64,000 bases of DNA from Mytilus trossulus (Eukaryota). Shown here in pieces: positions 14,001-29,000 of the stretch (position 1 is its first letter; every line of letters begins with the position of its first letter). The stretch spans positions 56,916,001-56,980,000 of the forward strand of contig NC_086375.1 in assembly GCF_036588685.1 (NCBI RefSeq), in the 5' to 3' direction. Under the pieces are notes generated by a model. The model was not told where the DNA came from. It worked only from the letters and a program-made list of their open reading frames with translations, and did not search any database. Position numbers and translations under genes: made by a program.

Positions 14001-17000
14001 TTTGAGTAATTTAAGCAAATTAAATACCTTTAAAAACATACTTATAAATGCAAGCAGCAACTCAGACAAAATAAAAATATTTTTATTCTGATTTAGTTTA
14101 AAAGAAAAACAATTCTTTTGCAATAAATTTTCCGAATTTTGCGATACAAATGATATACTGGTCATGTGACTCATGTCTGTTCTTATTATGTTTCAGTAAG
14201 GAATTCTCTTCTGTCTCTTATACAACTATTGGCTCAACACAGAGTTACTTCAACAGAGCTGCAGAAAATACTTCAGTTGTTTAATTATGCTAACAGTCCT
14301 CAGGTAATGATATTGTTTATGTTCATGAAAACCTCTTAAAGGAAAGGAAGTTAACAAAATAAAATCACTTTTTTACTTGTTCACCTGATTGTTATTTTTC
14401 TTCACAGTTTTAATAACAGATAAATATAGGATACATGTATTTGTCAAGTACATAACAACCCAATGACACAAAAATATCATGATGTATTTTGTACTTACTT
14501 GAATATAAGAGACTTTTTTTAAATATTATATGTGAAATAACAGAGGTTGACACTAAAAACATTTGATTGTGATATATTAAAAGAAACGACTTTGTGCACA
14601 CAATCAATTTAATACCTAAAATATGATTTTCCCTTCTATAGGAATTACTGTTATCAACATTTCTATCCATCATTGAGAACTCAAACTCACAGCCACATTG
14701 CAGTGTAACATTTCCTTGTAAACGTACGTTTGAGGTGTCACCTAAGTCTGGTCTAGTTCAATCAACACTAAGGATAAAAGATAGAAAGCTGTCTAGTGGT
14801 GAGTAACAATTACCTTTTGACCCTCCTGCAAGTGCAGTTACATATGTAAAATTTTATGTCAAAAATGCCACCTCTCAGACCTGTGCCATCCATATCAGTT
14901 TTATTTTGTAAAGGAGTATTTTTATCAGTAAAATAAAACCCATAATGTAAATTTTAAGATTAAAGGAACATGATGTTCAAAGTAGCTGTGTTAAATAATT
15001 TATTAAAGAAAATGATTGAACTAGTAAAAAACTTTTAAAAAGATTTTTTTTATTCATAGCCATAATCAGACGCAATTTCAAGCAAAGTTCATGCAAAAGT
15101 TTCAAAGGTTTTAATGCTCATTTCTGCATTAGAGTGAAAGACTCCTTATATCTTACTTATAAAATTTGTATTTAATTGAACATTTGCTAATTGCAGGATC
15201 CTATTCCCCATTCTTTGCCAGTGTATCTTCTGTAATGAGCACCTCTCCAGATGTCAATGAGAATGGCCTAGATTTATTTGATACTACCAGTACACAAGAT
15301 GTCTGGGATATTGCAGCTATGTTTATTCCAATAAAGGGGTTATCATGGCCACCATTAGAGCAAGGGTTGACAGTTGCATCATGGGTAAAACTATCTGAAG
15401 ACCAGGAAAATATAGTGAAGATTTCAAAGACAAAAAGCGGAAACCATGTCTATTTTTCAAGTTCAGAAGGTAAGTTGATATTTGTTTGCATGATTATTTT
15501 TAGAGACCAATTAAATAGAGAATAGAAATAGGGAATGTATCAAAGAGACTAAAACCGAGCAAAGAGTAAAAAAACACAACCAAAGGCCACTAATGGGTCT
15601 TCGAACTACTAAAACAAAGGTTCCTGGTTCGATTCCCATTCCGGGATGAAAATTTCAGGGACTGAATTTCCGTCTCTCCCTTGACACAATTTGCCAGTAT
15701 GGTCTTGAGGAAATGATGAAAGTCTATTGGAAGGGGATGATAAATGGCTGACCCATGTTAAGAGAGAGCCATATTTCTTGCACGTAAAAGACACCTTGCA
15801 GATTTCGAAAAAGAGCAGGCTAATGCCGCTACAAAGCAGCACTCTCACCCAAAAAGTGGAAATGGATTAATATAAGTTTCAAAACTTGTTTCCCAATCCA
15901 CTATCAATAAATATGTTTAAACTAAACTTACCACAGCCAGAAAATCCTGCACCCGGCGGCTGACTACATCAGACCTCTAAACAAAATATGTACTAGTTCA
16001 GAGAAACAATTTTTTTGTAACAAATGTTTGAGAAAAATGAGTAAGACTTGTCATGTACTTCATGAAATTCTGACTTATTAGAAGTCAGTTTTCTTTTATT
16101 TTAACATAGTTGAGTTTTTACATGAACTTTTTAAATAAAATTACTACATGTATCACTGTTAGAAATAAGGGTGTTGGTTTCTGATATGAATTAGAACAGA
16201 AATTTCTTTTATTTTCACAGTATTTGGTTCTAAAGAGCACCTGTTTCATGGCAAATGTAGCTTTGAAATATCAGACTTCCTTCATCTTGTATCCATTGGT
16301 AACACAGAGAAAATGTTAGAAGTATGGGTTCATAGCAATAGTGGTTACATACTTATAAGGTATGTTTTTGTGGAAAAAGTAGCATCTTATATATTTTACT
16401 GTACTGTTAAATTTTAAGATAGTGAAATTGTCTTATGTTGATATGGATTTTTGTTTATTTAGTCAATATAAATATATAATTGTGCCTGTTGATTTTTTTT
16501 TATTTATCTGTATCATAATTTTTTGGGGGTTATGGTTCATATTATTACATTTCTTATCTTCTAACTTATCATATACATGTATTAACCCTATAGATTAACC
16601 ACAGAATATGGCAAAAGTGGTCACATACTTCAAGATGTGATATCAAAAGAATGTCTTACGAAAGGACATTGGCACCATGTACTTGTCAGTTATAATGAGA
16701 AAGTAGATGCCACTAAAACAGACTCAAAGGATGACATTACTTACTTTGGAAAGGTAAGATTTTTAAGGAACTAATATGATATTGTTTATTCTAATGCAAT
16801 TTGGATGTAACAACTTTTTTCATTGGCTAATAGTTGCCGTCAAATCCACAGTTGACCAGGCGTAACTAAGGAGGGACCAGCCATTTTGAATTGATGAATC
16901 AACAAATGTTCGATTATTACTATATAATCGAAAATAAAGCAACACCTACCTCGAATTCGCCATTTAAATGTAATTTTATCCGAATTTGAAGCGTACAGGT

Positions 17001-20000
17001 AACGTAATAACGTCCAGTTTGTAAGTTTTCATTTGTATGACGTCAAGTTTAGCTATGACGTCTTTGTGCCAAAATCATAAATGCAATTTCGCGGAATTTT
17101 TTTATTTGACATATTTAGACATTTTTTACAAGTTTTATCGTACTTTTTTCTTTTTGTAATGCATTAGAATCGGAATAACAGTACTGTAGTTGAAGAGTTG
17201 CCACCGTCAATTTTGATTTGACGGTCGCAAATCTCCGTTTTACTGTCTCCGCTACGCGTCGCCAGTAAAACTGCATTTGCGACCGTCAAATCTACAATTG
17301 ACGGTGGCAACTCTTCAACTACAGTACTGTTATTCCTTAAGTATATTCTGGACGATCAATATTCACATTATTTTCTACACACTTGTGAAATAAATTGCTT
17401 GCAAAAATTAGTTGGTAAACAGTAATTCACTCAGAGTTGAAGAGTATGAACTGAACATTATCTAAGGCAATGAACATGTACGCACTGTAAGTCAAGTATT
17501 TCAGAAGGATATGCAATCAGAGAGCATGTAAGAGAATGTGATTGTTTTTTTAGGTAAAACTTGTAATAGACGGATGGAGGTCACAAGAAATCAAATTAGA
17601 ATATCAACATTCTGTAACTAGAAAACAGATGGACAGGATTCCCTTGCTTTGTATTGGACATTCTTGTACTGATCCTGAACAATCCAGTCAGACACTTACT
17701 CTTAGTTCTCTTATGATACTTGAAGGTGAGTACATTACCAGTTAATGCATGATGGGAAATTATGGAAATTAAAGAATTGGTCAGATTACAAACTTCATTT
17801 TGACAATTTAGAAAAATATTCAAATATCCCAGTTGATGGTGATTGGGTAATGGCTAACTTAAATGATTCAGCGCCCTTTATTGGTCAGTGTCTTTTGTCG
17901 TGATCAATAGTGAGCTGGAATATAAAGACTGGATTTGTCAGGTTAGGTAATGGCATGATTGAACTAGTGCCTTTTTTTCTTCAAATTTTTAGTCGTTTGT
18001 CCTGAACAGAGTTTACAATTTCCTCAGAAAAATTTCTCTTTCAACAATTTTAACTGTAACTTACACCATATCAGTTTTACTCTCTCAAATGTCTTTTACA
18101 TTTTTGTTTCTTTGAATATACTGTGAAAGTACTTTAATTCGTGGGTATCAATTTTCGTGGTTTGAGCAATATTGCCATGTTCGTGGGTTTTTAAATTCGT
18201 GGATTTTAGTTTTCATGAAAAAAAAATTGAAAAATTATATAAATGAAGGTTACATACAAAAAGTCAGGATTGAAGGAAATTGCAAAGTAAACATTGATCG
18301 TGTAAATCGTAGTGATAACACTAATTAACCTATGATAAAGTAATCAACGGATTAAAGACCATCAAAGGTGTTAATTAGGCCATAAACATGTCACCTTAAG
18401 AAAACAGTTACATTAACAAATGCCATAAGCGTACCTTGAATTGTCAAATAATTCTAATCAAAATCAAGCCAAGCATGAAATTATTATTTCCCATATGTAC
18501 CAGAACAATGAGGATATAAAATGAACAATTTATCATACTAGCATATCAATAACGGAAATCTGACTTTTATCGAAATCTGATTTTTACCGATCAAAATATT
18601 TGTTTATGAGAATTAAAAGATCAAAAGTTGTACAGTTTAGGTTATTTAAGATTTATAATAGGGTATACTCTTGCATGCAGTTGTAGTTCTCTGACTGCCA
18701 TGAAAGTATTCTCAGATTTGGCGTTATTCAATATATTCTCTAGATCGTAACAGTATTAAAACCTTCCGATGGGAATCTGTCCGTGATTATTTGGACAATG
18801 GTTGTTTTATTTCGTTGGACACTTAAATTCGTGGATAAAGTCATCCATGAAAACCACGAAAATTGGTACCCCACGAATAAAAGTACTTTCACAGTATTAT
18901 GTTTTATTCATGTTTGATGAAGGTTTATCCAAAACGTGTTGGAAATCAGTATCATTCATTTAACCACATCTTGGCAGGTACCCCTATTAGTTAATACCAA
19001 ATTTTGTATTAGATATAGTATGGATAACCCAATTTATAGCTCCAAAGTCAATGTTAAACATGCTATGAAAGCAGCTGTTTGAAGTGCCTAGTCAACAAAC
19101 ACAACTTGTATAAGTTGAGTAAATTTTCTGTTTTTATTTATAATGGAGTTTGGTATGAAAGATTGTAGAAGATCATGCAATTACAATGTTATTGACTGTT
19201 ATCTTTTTTTAGGGAGCAACCATGGTAGTGATGAAATATTCCATTTGTATGCTTTGGGTCCTAGCTGTGTTACTATAAATAAATGTGATAATGTGAATAT
19301 GGATATCAGCTATGGGCCTTTACTTACAAAACAGATGGAGCTTCACTCTAAGATGCCATCAGACATTTTGGTGGGATCAAAAAGAGTGGATTTAGATTCA
19401 TTAAGGGTAAGTGTTATTAAAGAACTAAAACAGATTTAGGTACTAATAATCGTAAATATATTTTATGATATAGACCTCTTTGTATTATGCAAAGTAACTA
19501 TTTCTCATTTAACTTTTTATTGCCAAAGATCATATTTATTGAAAAAACAAATGGCTTTGTTGTAGTAAAATTATATCCCCTTAGGGAAATCTGATACATT
19601 TGATAAATAATTTTTATTTTAATTTCTGTGGAAAACTTTTAAATGAAATGCAAAGGAGTATGTTCGATAAGGTCCTAAAATGGCCCCCTTTTTTAGCGTA
19701 AATTTCAAATTCAGATTTATCGACCAATATCACGATAAATTATAGCTAATACATTGACTAGCTAGGATATAAACTATTTTGTTGAAAATTTTACGTTTCT
19801 GCGTTTCATTATGACGTCACAAGTTGTACTCATATTGATTTTTCACAAAAACATCAATGAAAATGGGTGAATTTCCATAGATTCTTGGACAGGAAACATA
19901 GAGCGCATACGTCGACAACAAAGATCTTTCAAAATATTTTTTGTGAAGACATTTCACATGTCTTATTTGAATCTTAAGCTTGTCGAGGCCTGCGCTCTAT

Positions 20001-23000
20001 GTTTCCTGGTCCTTCATTTGGTTGAAATCTAGCTGATTTTGTCAAATTTCATCAAAATCCTTTATTTTGACCTTTTTTGGATGTAAAAATCAACATGTTA
20101 GAATCAAACTTTGACAAAAACAGTTCTGTTTAACTTTCTAACATGTCTTTAAGGCAACTTAAAACATTTATTGTCTTGTAACTATGAACTTTATAATTGG
20201 GGCCAAATATGGCACTTACCGAACTTACTCCTTTCTGTTTGATTTATTTTGAAACAAAAGCACGAAATTGCGGACAGATGAAAGGAAATTGTATGTCAAA
20301 CTTAAGAATTGACACTCCTGAATGTTAATTTTTAGTTTTATGTACTGATCGTACTGAGTTACTGTTTATATTTCAGTCATCTCTGATTTTGACATTCAAC
20401 CCACTGATGCCTGATATAGCCTGTTTCTACAGAAATACATCATCACAAGATATGCAAATTCTTGGTCCAAATCTGGGTATACCTCAGCGTCAGGACAGTG
20501 GTAACCTGCTGATCCAACAGCCAATCACAGCTCAGTTTACATGTCAGGCCAAGCTTGTGACCCACAGACATCATAGTCTAGAGAAAGCTTTAGAGGGAGC
20601 TGGAGGGATGGAAGCAATTTTGTTTCTTGTTGCCAAGGTGAATAGATTATAAATAACTAGGTGCATGTGTATCTAAAAGAATAAAGTAAAGTAATTCAAA
20701 GAATCATTATCATCATAAATTTCACTGTTTGTGATTTGAAGAAGACAGAATTTTTGAAAAGATAATAATAGCTCCAATATATGTTTACTTCTATTGATTT
20801 AATCTGAATTTTGCCTTCAAATTTTAACTATGGATATTTAAAAAAAAAAATTTACATAACATTTTCAGGTTTTTGAACTGAATAATTGTGACAACCATCA
20901 GCAAGAATCCGTACATGAGCTGCTGCAGGCCAAGTCTTTACAGATCTTGTTTGCCTTAGTAAATTTTTCTACATATTTATCTAAAGACTTCATGATCATA
21001 AATGGAAATCAACTTCTGAATAGGGTTCTTACAAGCTCAAAGGCTGTTCTAGGATTTCATACACTGAAGGTCAGTAGCTGTACTAAAGATGGAGATCTTG
21101 ACTCATTCAATTTAAGTTGTCTCTATAGTAAAAGCAAACTCACTCAATTGATTTACTTGATTTTGCTGTGGTACAATTGGTTGAATTGACTATGTAACTC
21201 ATATCCTTAGCCATGGACCCCCCCTTGAAATTAAAAAAGCACTGTTAAAGTCAACGTTCTTTTCAAATTGTTACTGTTAAAGTCGAGTTCATGAGTCCAC
21301 ATAACCCCCCCTTGGAAATTCCTGGCTACGGGCCTGTAACTAGCTACAATTAATGGAGTTTTTAACAAGACAGTTTCCATGCTTGTTTTTTTTTCGGTTC
21401 AATTCTTTGTCCAGTGGATAATGGAACATCATACATGTGTATATTAATTTATTTAGGTTTTGCTTGATGCTGCAACATCTGAATCAATGCTGCGTTTTGA
21501 ACCAGATGGTACGTTAGTTATGAGAAGGAAATCAGAAGCCATGATTACAAACATTTCAGTGATTGTTGACCTTCTGCTAAACTGGAGGATTTGGGAGGGA
21601 GCAGACGACACTATACTTGTGATGATATTCCATGTCTTAGCATCATTAGTTAGAGATGATCATCCACATCAATCTTTTAACCTAAAACAATTTCATTCTA
21701 TAAACCTGATCAGTAAGATTTTTAAGATATATCAGGTAAGTCAAATCTATATGCAAAATGGTTTTTTTTTAAATTGCTTGAGGCTACTGTAGCATTTACC
21801 TAATGTTTTCAGGTCTTTAGGTCTATCCAATAGTATGTCCATTATTCAGTTTGTCTATCCTGTTTAAGTTTAAAGATTTTGGTTAAGGTTGTTAATCCGA
21901 AACTTGAAACTTAGAAAGAGTGTTCACAATGATATGAACTTATTAAACTATATGCTAGATTATATTTTTGATCCTGATTTTAAAAAGATGCTAAATCAGG
22001 TTTGTGGATATAGCGATTGAGAGAGTACCCTAGCTACCAAAAGATGTTTCCAAGATTGACATTCTTTTATTATTAGTTCAATTATTAATGTATTTAACCA
22101 AAAATCTAGTTTTTCTCATAGTCTAAACACTGAATCAATGAATATTTGAGGTAACTTATGGCCTGAATTCACACAAAATTACACAATGGGTTAAAGAATA
22201 AAAGATAGATTCGTTTTAATGTATGCAACTAATCAAAAGAAGAAAAAAACATGGTTAGGATCAGCTTTATAATTAAATTTTGTGCCTATATTTTTTAATT
22301 TTGACATCTTTTATCCAATAGGAAAAAATTCAAGACAACATGAAAGCCTACTCTGCTGAGATTGCCCAGTCTGTCATCAGTATATTACAAAGCATGCTGG
22401 GAACACCACCTGACATTCACCTGATCATGTCTATATGTGATTTTCTGTTGTTTGTACATCCTGCAACAAATTCCTATGTCAACCATACAAAAAACAGCTT
22501 TTATTTTGTACCATGGTGGAGTAAGTTTTGTTATAGCTAGTTAACTTGTTAGGTCAACAGAAATGTCCATATTAGGTATTGATTAAGCAGAGAAAAGCAT
22601 AGGATCCTTACATAATTTAAAAAAGAATGAACATTCAAATTAAAACTTTAGAAGATTGACATATAGTTTCATGTTGTCTAACAAAATGAGTATATTTGTA
22701 CTACAAAATGTAATACTGAAAGAAAAGAGAAACAGATGACTTCGTTCTTCCAAGCTGATAAAAGATTGCTATAAAATTTCAACAAGATCAGCATTTTCTT
22801 TGAATTTATTCAACATGTATTGTTAACAATATTTGGAAAACGTCAAAACAGTTTTTGTTCAGAAATCTTTTCATTTTAAAGATAGGAGTATATTTATGTT
22901 ATGATATTATTTCAGATGAAAAGTCTCCAAGCAAGAGAAAAGACAGTATATTTGTGAAGCATTCTATGAATATTACAAGCACCCCTCATAGTAAAAAGAT

Positions 23001-26000
23001 TGAGAGAACGACTTCGAATGAAAATACAGGTAATTTTTGATATGATAGGGCTAAAACTTAAACATCTTAGATATTCATCTACAGTAATGATAATATTATT
23101 TTACTAAAATTTGTATGTCATGAATGCTAGGGATTTTAAAAAAGTGGCAAATAGATTTAAGACCAATTATCAAAGATCTACCGACAACACAGAATTTTCA
23201 AAAGAAAAAAATAATAAGCCCAAACTTATTAAGATAGGACATATAAATATCTCTGATAAAGTTTTCTTTACTGGGGACATGCACATGGCCATTGGTGTGG
23301 TATGTTTTAATAAGCCTTTAATACCTTTGTCTGTCATACATTTAATGTTTTGATATAGCTACTTAGTTGAAATCTAAAAAATCTATCAACAGTCCCAAAT
23401 AATGTAATGAACACAGTCTATTATGTCAGATGAGTTACAGTTTGTATACAAGACTTCATAAGTTTACAATAATTTTTTCATACAGAAATGAAGGCTAAAA
23501 GAACTTTAGATTGGAATGCAGACAACTCAATTACTAATCCTGAAGATTCTAGTAGTCCAGGTTCTGATATAGATAATACTGTACAGACAACACAAAGTGA
23601 TGATTTATCTAACGAAGAGACAGTAATGACTAAACTTAATTCATCAGAAGAAAATGAAGAAATGATAGAAACAGTATCCGATTTGGAAAAATCAGATAGT
23701 GGAGGCAATATGACACCTACTTCTGAAGATAATAATAAACATAAGGAAAGACAACTTTCAATTGGTTCCTCTGGTGAAGGGAGATTTTCTATTGGCTCTT
23801 ATGAAGGGACTTCACCTGACAAGATCACTAAGTTATCTTTGTTAAAAAAGATTGGAGCTTATGCCTCATCTGGTTCCCTGTCAAGAGAAATGTCCACAGA
23901 TGATGAGGAAGGATTGTATGCTCCACGACCAGAGGTGGATTTTGATGAAGATGATGATGAACTAGAAGCAGAAAAGGGACTGGTTGCTCTTTGTGTTGGT
24001 AGGTAGTTCAAATGTCGTCTTGTTTAATTGCAAAAAGTTGTATAGTAGAGTTCCTTGTGTAAATATCTAAAATATTGGTAGATCATAAGATTTTAATACT
24101 CTGCACATTGAAGTGAGCTCAAATGTACATACAAACTTTGGAGAAATAATTGAAAATTCTGAATATCATGCCCAAAAAGTGAATTTTACTTTGAGGTAGC
24201 TATGTTTGTTTGCTCCATTGTTTATCCTATGATATTTTCAGTCCTCAAATAAAACAAGATATTGAACAAACTGAATTATAACTCTTATATGTATCAAATA
24301 TTTATACCCATGCTCCAAGGAAGGGAGTATACTGGTTGCTCTGTTTGTCAATCCCATAAAAAAGTTTGTTGCATTTTTTAAGGAACTACAATTCAAAGAT
24401 TCCTGAAATATGGTACCAATGCTCCTATGAGTATGCATAACTGTGCAATTGGTTTTCACCATGAAACTTACTGTTTTTCCCAATTCTTAAAGCTGGGTAT
24501 CATTAGTGAGCATTATTTCACAGTTCATTGTGTCTATCTGGTACTTATAACTGTAATTTTTTATCTTTATTACAGGTTTACTAGAAACTTTGACAAATGT
24601 GATGCTAACACTGCCGGACAACAAGATCAGTAATGTATTTCAGAAAGTTATCAAACCTGACATAGCTCTAGTCCTGGCCCATCATAGTTCTCCTCAGATT
24701 AGAACTGCTGTCATACAAGTAAGTAGTGGGGCTTTGATGGTTAACATATGCCCTGAATCATAGCCTTCTTGTAATTTTGAAATTGAGTGATAAGGGTGTC
24801 TATACCAGTAAAAATAGATTTACTTTTGTAATAGAAATCTCTTCTTATTGTTTTGACTTGACATTTTTGTTTTTGATACTGACTTTATCAGCAAGAAAAT
24901 CAAGAGAGCTTGCTTAAGATAAGTAATATTAAGACTATAAAACTCTTTCTTTGTAGGTTATTAAAGCCTATTTATTAAGAGCTGGAGAAAAATTAATTGA
25001 AGAGTTTATGCAAAAACAAAGTTTCCATCTACTAGCAGTACAGCTACATAATTACCCAACGCATACAGAACAAATAGAAGAAGTGGTTTCTTTTATTCTT
25101 GGAAAACCTTTCACATTTGAAATGAGGTATATTTAGTCATTGCCAAATGAATAGTTTGAAAGTGAAAAGTTAGAAAAGCTAGATTGAAGAATTGACATAT
25201 TTATTATTTGGAATAAGGCATTGTATGTTTATGTACACAAACTATATTGCATAAGAAAAATTATGGAAAATTATATTTTTGTTATCAAATAATGAATTTT
25301 TCATCTGCCAATATACTAGAATATTCACTTACCTACAATTACCTGTTCTGTAATTTATCAACATGGCCAATTACAAAAAAAAGTTAGAACATCAAAACAA
25401 TGCTTAATAAAATGGAAATATTTCTTTGTTATTGTCACATTATGGAAGAAAGAAAACAATGAAGTTTAATCTTTTTGTATAAACCATTTAATTTAAGATA
25501 CATATGAACTTAATATCTAGAAAGAAAATAATGACTTAATTTATTTTAAGCAGAAAACTAATCATTATAAAGAATAAACATTTGGATTATTATTTATTGC
25601 AGCTCTATTACAATTGAAGAGATAGAGGAGCCCCATGAACTTCAACAAGCTGCTTTTGCTGTTTTCCTGTCCCTTATAGAGAATACATACAGAGATGTAG
25701 CCTTGTGTCATAACACCCTTACTCTTGCTATACAGGTAAGGACGGAGCAAGCTACTGATAGAGAATACATATAAAGATCAGTCTTGTGTTCTAATTTTAT
25801 TACTCTCATATTACAAGTGTGGGCAAGGCTAAGTATTCTGTCCTTCCATCAGTGTGTCTAAAAGAAATAGTTTCTTGATTGCAACATGTGTTTCCTATGC
25901 TTGATTAGAATGAAAATTATACAGATTAAAGACATGTGATGAAGGAAAAACCTTTTGATTTTGGCGCCAAAGTTCATTGTAACTGTTACCCAAAATAGAA

Positions 26001-29000
26001 GATTTTATGAAAAATAGTTACCTGATGATAATTCAATAAAATTGAGAATGGAAATGGGGAATGTGTGAAAGAGACAACAACCGGACCATAGAGCAGACAA
26101 CAGTAGAGTTTTCTTTCCCTGATAGGATGAAAACTTATACAGATGAAAGATGTGTTGAATGGGAAGAGGCCTATCAATTGTGTGTTCAATATGTCTTTGT
26201 TTAAGATCGTTTTTACACAAAAGAAAACAATATTTGTTTTTGTGGATTGTAACTTGAGTTTTCCTTTCTTAGAGATGGAAGATATAGGGTAAGGGAAGGC
26301 ACCTATTGATTGGGGTCAAAAAGGTCAAATTTCAAGGTACTTGTTACTGAAAAATTTGTTTCCAGATAGCAAGTTGAGTTTCAATTGCCTGATTTAATTT
26401 GAACAAATGAAAGATTATATGTGATTCTGGGAACATTTGTTTAAATTTATTTTGTAAAATTTTTCTCTTTTCCATTACAGATGTTTGAGAAAAATGATGT
26501 GATAAGTTCATTGATGTTAGAGAACAGAATAATTGAAGTGATAACAAATCTAGTGGCTAGAATTAACAGTATAACAACAAGGTAAAGTTTTGCTAAGATA
26601 AAATTTCAAAGAAGCACTAAGATATTAGGATGCAGAGCTGTATGTTTTAAAATATTGTTGAAGTCATGGACTTAAAAAGGCTAGACACGATCAAATTTGA
26701 TTTTAATATGCCAAATTTTTAGTATATTTGAAGGATGTGTTTATGAAAAATCAACCAATTGACACTAAACAATAACCTAAAGACATGTAGAGGTCAACTT
26801 AATAATAAACAAGGTTAATACATTATGTAAAGCTTTTTATGCCCCACCTATAATAGTAGAGGGGCATTAGTATTTCTGGTCTGTGCGTCCATGCCGCCGT
26901 TTATCCGTCCGTCCGTTCATTCATTCGTTCATTCTTTTTTTCGTCTGTCCAGTTTCAGGTTAAAGTTTTTGTTCGAGGTAATTTTTGATGAAGCTGAACT
27001 GAAGTCCAATCAACCTGAAACTTATTATATATGTTCCTTATGATATGATCTTCCTAATTTTAATGTCAAATTAGAGTTATGACCCCAATTTCATGGTCCA
27101 CTGAACATAGAAAATATTGTGCAAATGGGGCATCCATGTACTGGGGACACATTCTTGTTTTTTGCTGCTTATGCATTTAACCATATATTTCCAGGTATAC
27201 TATTTCATTGTTTAATAGTATCATTATATAGATCTAAGAAGATTTGGAATGAGTGCCAATGAGACAACTCTCCATCCAAGTCACAATTTGTTAAAGTAAA
27301 CCATTATAGGTCAAAGTCTTCAATACAGAGTCTTTGCTCACACAGAACAGCAAGCTATAAAGGGCCCTCAAATGTGACTACTGTAAAACCATTCAAACAG
27401 GAAAAACAACAGCATAATCTAAAAAAAAAACAGAAAGAGGAACATTTATAAACCACATCAACAAACAACAACAACTGAAAATCAGGTTCCTGACTTAGGT
27501 CAGGTGAAAACAAATGCAGTGGGTTTAAATGTTTTAACCTTCATCCTTACCTGAAACAATACAGAATGTATTTAAAAGGTTAAGTTAAGGATTCTTAATT
27601 ATACAGTGTAAGAAGAAAACAAAATGAGTACATTGCAAAAACATTACAAATTTTGCAATAACTTCTAATTTATTATAGTTTGGAAGTAAATAAAAAAGTT
27701 TAATATTTTGGATAAAAACTAATTAAAATGATTCAGTCGCTAATTTTCAGCACATATACATTTCATAAATATGCAGTAAACTACTGATGGAAATGTTTGA
27801 CATTGTTGAAACTTTTTGTTTGTGTTATTATTCTTATAAATTCTGCACTAACTGAATCTTTATGCTTACAGATTTACAGATATGGAAGGTATTGATGAAT
27901 ACCAACTAATTCTTGAGGATATTCAGATGCTATTGTGTAAAATTGTTATTAGAGAGTTCAGGTATGAATTTTGTTTTTAAGATTACTAGTTATTACAACT
28001 GGATAATCTGTGACCAATTTTCAAGGATTGCAGAACAATTGTATATTCAAGGATATTTGATCTGTTGGTTTTTCTGAGTTCTGTTTATAAACCTTTAGAT
28101 AATTTGAATTTAATTTTACATCTAATTTTGTGGTTTAACTTTGCCCTTGAAATCCCCCAACATTGAGTCTTTATTATTAAAGAATCCAAGATATAATGTA
28201 TATATTTATTTCGATGTTTATTTAAAAAAAAATGTGTATCTTGTTTTCTTTACACAATTTTCTACTATATCATGTGATCTATCTTTTTTGCAGGTGTTCA
28301 GGAATTAACCATATACAGCAATGTGAAGAAATTTTAGACTTATTAAAGTTGTTAGAACATGTTGAAGAAATTGTATATGGTGTGTATAAACATTTAAGAC
28401 AGATTTTGTGCTTCTCCTAAAAAACTGATTAGAATTAAATGAAATTTTCTTAGAATCTTAGCAATATACTGCCATTATTCACTTTTTATTTGTTTTTTAA
28501 TTCAGATTTTTGTTATTGCTTTTCTTAAGAATAATGGACTTTTCCATTGCTTTATATGGTGCTAGTATATTATTTTGTTAGCCTTGCTCACAGTACTTCT
28601 ACTTTAAATTAATGATAAATAATTGAACGTTTTGCTGTACCATACTTTATGTACCTTCCTAAGTTCAGATTGTAATTCAAACAAGCTTTATGAAAAATGT
28701 GTCTAAATACTTTTAACATATTATTTTATTCTTCTTTTTCAGGAAAGAATTCCAAACAGACACAAACTGTGAAGGCTCTTCAGTTTGTTGTTGTTTTGTG
28801 TGTATTGACATTTGTTGAAAGTGAAAGTCAAGAAGGAACTACTACTGTTAAAACTAAACCATACAAAAGAACTACTAGTATCAGTACTTATGGTAAATTA
28901 AATATAAACACTATATTAAACAAATTAGTCATTTAAGTCATCCCTTATAAAAAAAAAAATGTGCATATGTTATTGTTACTACCCATCAAAGAAATGCAAG

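Noticed and set aside
23999-24006. Alternative donor GGTAG|gtagtt at 24003
   Set aside because: Gives phase 2, whereas the next exon (G|GT TTA CTA GAA) needs phase 1, so 23998 was used.
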